Assembly (NCBI GenBank): GCA_964595665.1
Contig: CAZQQS010000009.1
Coordinates: 14,197-20,168 of the forward strand
DNA: 5,972 nucleotides
Source of the DNA: an uncultured archaeon
GTDB taxonomy: Archaea; Iainarchaeota; Iainarchaeia; Iainarchaeales; 0-14-0-20-30-16
Direction of reading: 5' to 3'
The position numbers and the translations under genes are program-made. Every line of letters starts with the position of its first letter. The first letter of the stretch is position 1. Of the stretch, positions 1-5,864 are shown one piece after another. The notes beneath the pieces are model-generated. The model ran no database searches. It was not told where the DNA came from and worked only from the letters and a program-made list of their open reading frames with translations.

Positions 1-21
1 AAAAATAATTTTTGGAGAGTT

Positions 22-2835
22 TTGTATAATGCTGATCCAAAAATTAATACTGTAGGATATTTTTGGCCAGAAAAAAATTGTGTTGAATCTGAACCAAATT
101 CAATATGGTATTCAGAAAATATTGATATGAAGAATTATCCTGAATTTAATAATGATAATAAATTAGGTTTAAATTTTTCTGACTGTGGTCAAATAAATGG
201 TAGATGGGCTCAAAATAGTATTTCAAGAGAAATGAGGAAAATATTAAAGACAACTTATCCAAATGCAGAAAAGTATGGTATATACTTTTTGTATAACGTA
301 GCTGATAATAGTACTATAGCTAAAAAAAATCCTGAATTAAAAGGAAAACAAATTGTTTTAGTAGCAAGTTATGGTCGTGTATTTGATAATGTATTTTATT
401 ATGTTGTAGAGCCAAAAGTTCAAAAAGATGTTGAACAAGAAACTGTTTTAAATGATTTTGAAAACATTTCAGATTCGGATAAAGAAAAATTTTGTGGTTC
501 TAAATCATCTGAATATAAAGAAATAAGTTATTATAATTTTCCATTTATTAATTTTTCTTATAATTTGGAATACATAGATTGTAGTGTTTACAATAATTTT
601 AGTGGAGAATTTTGTGATGCAGAACAATTAGCAAAATATATTGAAAAAAGTTCTTTTGGAGAATATACCTTAGAAAAATTGAACAATATATTTTCTGAAT
701 TAGATTATATTAATTTAAAATTAGGAAATGTTACTAAAAAATATTTGGCAAAAGATAAAATACCTTTATCTGTTAGCCAGAAATCAGTTCCTTTTGCCAC
801 AGATGAGAACTTATTCTCTGAAGATTTATTTATTGTTTTAAATAAAGCATGTCCTTCAGAGATTTTAAATAAAAGTGCATATTTAGATAATATTGAAAAA
901 TGTTATATTCCTTATAAAGCTATACCAGATATAAACAAATCAGGTTTAACAGAATATCATTTTGAATATTTAATGGGTTATAAAGAATTGGAAACAGTTG
1001 ATAAAAATTTTGCAGCAGTTTATGATTATCCTGAATTATATTATATGCTTTTAGCAATTGGAGAAGATCCTCGTAATTATGGTTTAGATTTAGTATATTT
1101 AAAGCCTGATACTTATAATTATGAAAGTGGAGTTCTTACAAATTCAACTATTCCAAATTTAAATTTAACAATTTATAATTCAAAAGAGAAAGTAGAATCT
1201 ATATTAAAACCAAATATTTATTTGTTGGTAGTTGATAAAAAAGATTCAACAAATATTTCTGGATTTTTGAATTTCTTTGAGAAATATACTTTGAGTAAAT
1301 ATTTCTTAAATGTTTTAGAGAGTCCTGAAAATAGTTTATTATATTTGACTTTTAATCCAAGTTATACTTTAGATACTAGCTTATCAAATATAGTTGTAAA
1401 GGTATTTGAGAATAAACCACAATTAACTCTTATAAGTTCATCAAATCCAAAATATAATTTTACGTTTGATAATGCTGTTGGAGAAGTTAAGATTTCTTTT
1501 AAAGAAGATAAATTTTATTTTAACTTACCAAAAGATACTAATAAAGATACATTTTACTTGGAAGAATTTTTGCCAGGTATGAACAAGAAAGAGATTTATT
1601 GTTATCATTTGGATGATGATAATTCAACAATTTTAGGTAAAAAATATTCTAATAAAGAATTATTAGATTTTGTTACAGCTGAAAAAATTGGTGATACTTC
1701 GCAAGTAAAACAAGAATCTAATTTAGAGAATTCATTTGATTTTTCTGGCGAAATAGTAGCTGCTAAATTACTAATTTCTAATTTAAATGAATTAATTGCA
1801 TACGAACAATACAACAGAGCATTAGTTTATTTAAGTGTAAATCCAAAAAAATTAGCAAATAATGATTTAATAGTAACAAATTTTGGAAAAAATTTTGAAT
1901 CTAATAGAATATTATTTAACAATACAATAAATAGAAATTTACACAAATATTTAAAGAGGCCAATTTTTGAAGAATTGTATTCTAAATCATTAAATGATGA
2001 AAAAAGAAATTATTTGTTAGCAAATTTAAATAAATTAAATTCTCCAAATTTAATGGCATATTTCCAAGCTCAAAATAATGTATTAAAAAGTAAAGAATTA
2101 GTTGCTCAAAATCCAGAACCTAAAGATTCAGAGAATAATTATAATATGCCTAATCAATTAACACCAAATCAAATAACAAGTTTAAAAGATTGTGGAATAA
2201 CAGGTGAAGAATTATTTGGTACTGGCGCTCTATGTGAATCTTGTATTTATTATAAATTCAATAATACTTATTACAAATATGCTACTACTGGAAAATTAGA
2301 AACATTATCTTTAGGTGCAACTAATGATTTAGCTAAAAAAACAGATTTATTTAATAAGTGTACTTCTGAAGAAATTGCAACAATGTTAAATACAAATGTT
2401 CAACAAGAGAAAACTTATATTGTAACTATTACTGATAGTGATGAAAAATTATTTGCATTAGGATATACAAATGATGATCCAGTAATTTCAAATAATAATA
2501 AGGTAGATTGTACAAAATATCCTACAGTATGTAAAAAAGTAATTGCAATTAGAAATGGTTTGAAATATAAAGAATTTGAACATATTGGAAAAAATTGTGA
2601 TTATAGTTTAGAATACATAGTTAAAAATTATGAATCTGCATTAATAGGTGGAATTTCAGATACGCCTCAAAAAAAGTGTATAAGAAATAAATCTAATGAA
2701 TATTTGTTTACTATGGGCTATAATTTATTTAATGAAACAGATTTAGCAAATTTATATACTAAACAAGTAAGTCCATACATTGCGCAAAATCCTAATGGAG
2801 AGCCACAATTTAATGTAATGTATGCTGCTAGATAA
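22..2835 (+). CDS. Large hypothetical protein, 937 aa from TTG at 22. Asn/Lys/Tyr-rich, 16 Cys, no catalytic motif recognised. The N-terminus may lie upstream of the window.
   Basis: Uninterrupted 2.8-kb ORF in a genome where stop codons are frequent by composition. GGAGAG (14-19) lies just upstream of TTG 22 as a possible Shine-Dalgarno. The same frame is also open from position 1 (KNNFWRV), so 5' truncation cannot be excluded. Stop TAA at 2833-2835. I recognise no similarity to a named family. Confidence 0.7.
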   Translation: MYNADPKINTVGYFWPEKNCVESEPNSIWYSENIDMKNYPEFNNDNKLGLNFSDCGQINGRWAQNSISREMRKILKTTYPNAEKYGIYFLYNVADNSTIAKKNPELKGKQIVLVASYGRVFDNVFYYVVEPKVQKDVEQETVLNDFENISDSDKEKFCGSKSSEYKEISYYNFPFINFSYNLEYIDCSVYNNFSGEFCDAEQLAKYIEKSSFGEYTLEKLNNIFSELDYINLKLGNVTKKYLAKDKIPLSVSQKSVPFATDENLFSEDLFIVLNKACPSEILNKSAYLDNIEKCYIPYKAIPDINKSGLTEYHFEYLMGYKELETVDKNFAAVYDYPELYYMLLAIGEDPRNYGLDLVYLKPDTYNYESGVLTNSTIPNLNLTIYNSKEKVESILKPNIYLLVVDKKDSTNISGFLNFFEKYTLSKYFLNVLESPENSLLYLTFNPSYTLDTSLSNIVVKVFENKPQLTLISSSNPKYNFTFDNAVGEVKISFKEDKFYFNLPKDTNKDTFYLEEFLPGMNKKEIYCYHLDDDNSTILGKKYSNKELLDFVTAEKIGDTSQVKQESNLENSFDFSGEIVAAKLLISNLNELIAYEQYNRALVYLSVNPKKLANNDLIVTNFGKNFESNRILFNNTINRNLHKYLKRPIFEELYSKSLNDEKRNYLLANLNKLNSPNLMAYFQAQNNVLKSKELVAQNPEPKDSENNYNMPNQLTPNQITSLKDCGITGEELFGTGALCESCIYYKFNNTYYKYATTGKLETLSLGATNDLAKKTDLFNKCTSEEIATMLNTNVQQEKTYIVTITDSDEKLFALGYTNDDPVISNNNKVDCTKYPTVCKKVIAIRNGLKYKEFEHIGKNCDYSLEYIVKNYESALIGGISDTPQKKCIRNKSNEYLFTMGYNLFNETDLANLYTKQVSPYIAQNPNGEPQFNVMYAAR

Positions 2836-2856
2836 AGAAAGATTTATTCTTTCTTT
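2834..2856. terminator. Perfect 9-bp hairpin between convergent genes; candidate bidirectional terminator.
   Basis: AAAGAAAGA (2834-2842) is the exact reverse complement of TCTTTCTTT (2848-2856), with loop TTTAT. It spans the gap between the stop of the + ORF (2835) and the stop of the - ORF (2856-2858). T-runs occur on both strands. Confidence 0.4.
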
Positions 2857-3278
2857 TATTCTATTTTTTCTATTTTTATTTTATTAATTAGAGTTTGGTT
2901 ATTATATGGGTTATAGTGTTTTACATATAATTTGCCTGTAGTGTTATCAATTTTTTCTATTACAAATAGTTGGATTTTATTTTGCAAGTTTAATTCAATT
3001 ATTTGATCTTCTTCAAATTCTATTGCATCATCATCTGCAAAATCATCAAAATCCATTTCTAAAGTCGGGCTTTTGGTATTTATCTTTTGTTTTAATTCAA
3101 TAACATCTCCAACAATTTTTCCTTTTAACTTTTTTTCTAATTCTTTATTTATGCTCGTTTTACCATATTGCAATATTAAAGGTTGCTGTGGATAAGATTC
3201 ATCCACAACTTTTCCTTTTGAATCATACAATTTATAACTTATAGTTACTATTGAATTTTTTTCAATCTTTTTTGTCAT
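2856..3278 (-). CDS. Short FKBP-type peptidyl-prolyl isomerase / SlyD-like protein, divergent (about 140 aa from ATG 3278; alternative GTG start at 3287).
   Basis: The N-terminal segment IVTISYKLYDSKGKVVDES..PLILQYGKTSINKELEKKLKGKIVGDVIEL follows the FKBP pattern (V.i.Y.l..dG.vfDsS...P..f.lG.g.vI.gfe.al.Gm.vGe). An acidic insert follows. The C-terminal GKLYVKHYNPYNNQTLINKIKIEKI resembles the SlyD motif v.vDfNHPLAGktL.F.v.v. GTGAT, complementary to the 16S 3' end, lies 4 nt upstream of ATG 3278. Several conserved FKBP residues appear substituted. Confidence 0.55.
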   Translation of the reverse strand: MTKKIEKNSIVTISYKLYDSKGKVVDESYPQQPLILQYGKTSINKELEKKLKGKIVGDVIELKQKINTKSPTLEMDFDDFADDDAIEFEEDQIIELNLQNKIQLFVIEKIDNTTGKLYVKHYNPYNNQTLINKIKIEKIE

Positions 3279-4788
3279 CTTTATCACTTTTAGGTTCTAA
3301 TAGTAATTCTAGAGTTCCTTTGTCTGGTCTTAATAATGGGAATGCTAAAATATCTCTTATACTGTGAGAATCGGTTATTAGCATAGCTAATCTATCAATA
3401 CCTATACCTAATCCACCCGTAGGGGGTAATCCAGTCTCTAATGCCTCTACAAAGTCATAATCCATATCATTTGCTTCTTCATTTCCTAATTCTTTTTGTT
3501 CAACTTGTTTCTTTAATCTTTCATATTGATCAAATGGATCATTTAACTCTGAAAATGCATTTGCTATTTCCCAAGTATTAATGAATAATTCAAATCTTTG
3601 AGTATATCTCGTATCTTTATAATTTAATTTTGCTAAAGGGGATATTTCTACTGGGTGTTGTGTAACAAATGTAGGGTTAATTAAATCTTTTTCAACATGT
3701 TTTTCAAATAAGTCAGATAAGATTTTTCCTTTACTTGAATCAAACTCTAATTCAATTCCTTCTTTTTTTGCGATTTCTTTTGCTTCTTCATCTGTTATTG
3801 TATTAAAATCATAACCTGTTGCATCTTTTACTGCTTGATACATAGAAATTCTTTTCCAAGGTCTTTTCAAGTCTATTTCTTTACCTTCATATATCAAACT
3901 ATCTTTTCCAGTTGTTCTTTTGAAAGCTTCACAAATAATTTCTTCTGTTAAGTTCATTACATCTTCATAATCAGCATATGCCCAATATAATTCCATCATT
4001 GTGAATTCAGGATTGTGTTTGAAGTCTATTCCTTCATTTCTAAAATTTCTTCCAATTTCATAGATCTTTTCAAATCCACCAACAATTAATCTTTTTAAGT
4101 AGCATTCGGGAGCAATTCTCAAATACATATCTATGTCTAAAGCATTATGATGTGTTACAAATGGTTTAGCGCTTGCACCACTTAATAAACTATGTAATAC
4201 GGGTGTTTCTACTTCTAAGAATCCTTTTGATGCTAAATGCATTCTAATATTCTCAATCATTTTAAATTTAGCATATAATTTGTTTCTAACTTCCATGTCT
4301 ATTGCCAAATCTAAATATCTTTTTCTATACTTAATTTCTGGGTCTTCTAATCCATGCCATTTATCTGGTAAAGGCATAATATTTTTTGAAAGTATTTTAA
4401 AATTTTTCACAATTATACTTATTTCTCCAGATTTTGTTCTTGTAACATTACCTTCTATTCCTAAATAATCTCCCGTGCCAAAATATTTTATATCATCAAA
4501 GTTTTCGGCTTTATCTTGTCTTATAACAATTTGTATTTTACCAAAAAAATCATTTAAATCTAAAAAGAATAATTTGCCGTGGCCCCTAATAGACATTATT
4601 CTTCCTGCTGTTTTTACTGTTTTTTCTGATTCTTCATTTTCCTTTATACTTTCAAATTCTTGTTTAATTTTGTTAGTATCATATTCTTTATCAAATTTTT
4701 CTATTTCGTAAGGATTATATTTTTCACTTTTTAATGATTCTAATTTTTTAATTTTCTCGTTTCTTATTTCTTCTAATCGACTAGCCAT
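3262..4788 (-). CDS. lysS: Lysyl-tRNA synthetase, class II.
   Basis: The 508-aa product is collinear with bacterial LysS. It has the OB-fold anticodon-binding region (VKTAGRIMSIRGHGKLFFLDL..GKIQIV), PLPDKWHGLEDPEIKYRKRYLDL, FLEVETP, PFVTHHNALDIDMYLRIAPECYLKRLIVGGFEKIYEIGRNFRNEGID.KHNPEFTMMELYWAYADY (motif 2 region) and GGLGIGIDRLAMLITD (motif 3). AGGTGA (reverse complement of 4793-4798) lies 4 nt upstream of the ATG. Confidence 0.95.
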   Translation of the reverse strand: MASRLEEIRNEKIKKLESLKSEKYNPYEIEKFDKEYDTNKIKQEFESIKENEESEKTVKTAGRIMSIRGHGKLFFLDLNDFFGKIQIVIRQDKAENFDDIKYFGTGDYLGIEGNVTRTKSGEISIIVKNFKILSKNIMPLPDKWHGLEDPEIKYRKRYLDLAIDMEVRNKLYAKFKMIENIRMHLASKGFLEVETPVLHSLLSGASAKPFVTHHNALDIDMYLRIAPECYLKRLIVGGFEKIYEIGRNFRNEGIDFKHNPEFTMMELYWAYADYEDVMNLTEEIICEAFKRTTGKDSLIYEGKEIDLKRPWKRISMYQAVKDATGYDFNTITDEEAKEIAKKEGIELEFDSSKGKILSDLFEKHVEKDLINPTFVTQHPVEISPLAKLNYKDTRYTQRFELFINTWEIANAFSELNDPFDQYERLKKQVEQKELGNEEANDMDYDFVEALETGLPPTGGLGIGIDRLAMLITDSHSIRDILAFPLLRPDKGTLELLLEPKSDKDDKKD

Positions 4789-4792
4789 AAGT

Positions 4793-4840
4793 TCACCTTT
4801 AAATATATATAAATAATAATGTTAGTGAAGATTTTTAAAG
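4793..4840 (-). promoter_or_regulatory. lysS upstream region: Shine-Dalgarno plus two TATA-like boxes.
   Basis: On the minus strand: CTTTAAAAAT (4831-4840) and TTTATATATATTT (4801-4813), then AGGTGA (4793-4798), then ATG (4786-4788). The distal box is spaced to give a roughly 20-nt leader containing the SD. The proximal one would give a near-leaderless transcript. Neither is tested. Confidence 0.35.
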
Positions 4841-4872
4841 CAAATAGATTTTTTAGATTGATTATTAGGATA

Positions 4873-4897
4873 TAACTTAAGATTATGGGTTAAGTTA
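4873..4897 (-). terminator. Weak AT-rich hairpin just downstream of the 176-aa ORF stop.
   Basis: TAACTTAA (4873-4880) pairs with TTAAGTTA (4890-4897), 9-nt loop. On the minus strand the stop TAA is followed by AATTTT and then the hairpin. The stem has only one G-C pair, so stability is low. Confidence 0.25.
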
Positions 4898-4901
4898 AAA
4901 T

Positions 4902-5432
4902 TTAGCTTTTTAATTTAATTGACATAGGTACGTGTCCTTGTACAACATAAATTAAATCTTTCATTTTTAATGTTTCTGGTTTTGCGCCAAAGCTCTTATA
5001 AAAATTAACTAAACTTGGTTTTGTATGGAATATGATTTTTACCCCTTTATTTTTAGAAACAAAATTTATTGTTTCGATAATTAGTTTTTTTGCAAATCCT
5101 AAATCTCGATTTGGATCTGTGAGTTTATTAAATTGGCCTGTATTTAATAAATCTACATGCCAAACATCATTTTTTAAAGGAGTTATAGTTAATTCTGAAA
5201 TTGTTTTATTTGAATTATCGTGAATTTTAATGGTATAATTTTGAAGTTCTGGATTATAATTAATTTTGACATTATTTTTATTAGCTTCAAAGTAATCTTT
5301 TCTTTTTTGTAATTCTGCCCTTGTTAAGTCATATACTGTTTGGGCTTGTTCTTTTGTCTTTATATGCTTTTCAATTTTTCTTTTTTTTAGTTTAAATCTT
5401 ATTCTTTCAGTAAGTGTGGGTTTTCTAGGCAT
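4902..5432 (-). CDS. Hypothetical protein with a basic N-terminal tail and a GNAT (N-acetyltransferase)-like C-terminal half (tentative).
   Basis: 176-aa ORF with ATG at 5430-5432 and TAA at 4902-4904. NRDLGFAKKLIIETINFVSKNKGVKIIFHTKPSLVNFYKSFGAKP resembles GNAT motif A/B (R.xGxA...l...a...g...i.l......a..fY.k.GF). The N-terminus MPRKPTLTERIRFKLKKRKIEKHIKTK is highly basic. No SD is present; the AT-rich TATA-like sequence 24-38 nt upstream suggests a leaderless mRNA. Confidence 0.5.
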   Translation of the reverse strand: MPRKPTLTERIRFKLKKRKIEKHIKTKEQAQTVYDLTRAELQKRKDYFEANKNNVKINYNPELQNYTIKIHDNSNKTISELTITPLKNDVWHVDLLNTGQFNKLTDPNRDLGFAKKLIIETINFVSKNKGVKIIFHTKPSLVNFYKSFGAKPETLKMKDLIYVVQGHVPMSIKLKS

Positions 5433-5440
5433 AATATATG

Positions 5441-5470
5441 TTATAAAGGAACCTTTAAAAATATAATATA
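5441..5470. promoter_or_regulatory. Divergent AT-rich promoter region shared by the 176-aa ORF (-) and the C/D box sRNA (+).
   Basis: TTTAAAAATA (5454-5463, + strand) sits about 25 nt upstream of the sRNA terminal stem (5481) and is preceded by purine-rich AAAGGAA (BRE-like). On the minus strand TATATTATATTTTTA (5456-5470) lies 24-38 nt upstream of ATG 5432. Confidence 0.4.
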
Positions 5471-5480
5471 TCCATATATA

Positions 5481-5540
5481 TGTGCAATGATGAGGTTAAC
5501 CCCTGCTGAATGATGATGATTGATAGGCGGGCTGAGCATA
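5481..5540 (+). ncRNA. Archaeal C/D box sRNA (2'-O-methylation guide) with two 12-nt guides.
   Basis: Box C AUGAUGA 5487-5493; guide GGUUAACCCCUG 5494-5505; box D' CUGA 5506-5509; 3-nt linker; box C' AUGAUGA 5513-5519; guide UUGAUAGGCGGG 5520-5531; box D CUGA 5532-5535. The terminal stem is UGUGC (5481-5485) with GCAUA (5536-5540). A TATA-like box lies upstream, an oligo-T tract downstream, and local GC is above background. Confidence 0.8.
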
Positions 5541-5547
5541 AAACAAA

Positions 5548-5560
5548 TTTTTTGTTTTTT
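5548..5560 (+). terminator. Oligo-T tract (T6 G T6) downstream of the C/D sRNA; archaeal-type terminator.
   Basis: TTTTTTGTTTTTT begins 8 nt after the sRNA terminal stem. Archaeal RNA polymerase terminates at T-runs. Confidence 0.5.
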
Positions 5561-5600
5561 AAATGAATTAGATTTATATGTTTTTTGAAATATATTTGTA

Positions 5601-5633
5601 TATATATAAAATTAATTGCATTGTTTAACAATG
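5601..5633 (+). promoter_or_regulatory. Candidate promoter for the tRNA cluster: TATA-like box plus a 15-nt palindrome at the expected transcription start.
   Basis: TATATATAAA (5601-5610) is followed by CATTGTT-T-AACAATG (5619-5633, perfect inverted repeat). No TATA-like element sits at -26 relative to the tRNA-Ser 5' end. A start near 5632-5637 with an approximately 80-nt processed leader is therefore plausible. Confidence 0.3.
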
Positions 5634-5715
5634 TAAGTATTGTTGCATTATCGAGCATGCGAAGATTGATGCTTGGTTTTGGGCACACAGTAGCCTTTTT
5701 TGAAAAGGGTTTGTT

Positions 5716-5798
5716 GCAGGGATGGCGGAGAGGTTTAACGCGCCCGCCTTGAGAGCGGGTTTCTTCACGAAGCAAGGGTTCGAATCCCTTTTCCTGCG
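5716..5798 (+). tRNA. tRNA-Ser (anticodon UGA), class II with long variable arm, no encoded CCA.
   Basis: Hand-folded cloverleaf. Acceptor GCAGGGA/TTCCTGC (one G-U) with discriminator G. D stem GCG/CGC, with GG in the loop. Anticodon stem CCCGC/GCGGG, loop CU-UGA-GA. A 14-nt variable arm (CTT/AAG stem). T arm AAGGG-TTCGAAT-CCCTT. Confidence 0.9.
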
Positions 5799-5804
5799 CT
5801 ATTT

Positions 5805-5841
5805 GAGGATTTTTAAATCCTCTGAAGCTCGAAAGGGCTTC
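5805..5841 (+). other. Two adjacent near-perfect hairpins in the tRNA-Ser / tRNA-Pro spacer.
   Basis: Hairpin 1: GAGGATTT-TT-AAATCCTC (5805-5822), an 18-nt perfect palindrome. Hairpin 2: GAAGCTC-GAAA-GGGCTTC (5824-5841), a 7-bp stem (one G-U) closed by a GNRA-type GAAA tetraloop. Confidence 0.45.
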
Positions 5842-5864
5842 GTGGATTTTTGGGAGGACGGCAA

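Noticed and set aside
1605-1814. 69-aa minus-strand ORF inside the large + ORF.
   Set aside because: It is fully antisense to a much longer ORF, with no independent signals, so it is probably spurious.
4280-4711. Two plus-strand ORFs (62 and 78 aa) inside lysS.
   Set aside because: They are antisense to a confidently identified synthetase gene, and the Ser/Leu/Ile/Phe-rich translations are typical of antisense AT-rich coding sequence.
5032-5223. 63-aa plus-strand ORF inside the 176-aa minus-strand ORF.
   Set aside because: It is an antisense shadow ORF, shorter than the minus-strand gene and without a start context.
5494-5505. Guide 1 of the sRNA resembling the tRNA-Ser D-loop (GGUUAAC versus GGUUUAAC at 5732-5739).
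   Set aside because: The extra U breaks the duplex, leaving only 5 contiguous pairs, which is consistent with chance.
5640-5690. Possible H/ACA box sRNA (hairpin 5651-5676 followed by ACA at 5685-5689).
   Set aside because: I could not find a lower stem pairing with the sequence just 5' of the ACA (UUUUGGGC), nor a convincing pseudouridylation pocket. Only the hairpin is retained, as part of a candidate leader.
5455-5775. 106-aa minus-strand ORF from the track.
   Set aside because: It runs antisense through the C/D box sRNA, the AT-rich intergenic region and tRNA-Ser. It is explained by the RNA genes and low-complexity sequence, and has no RBS or promoter logic.
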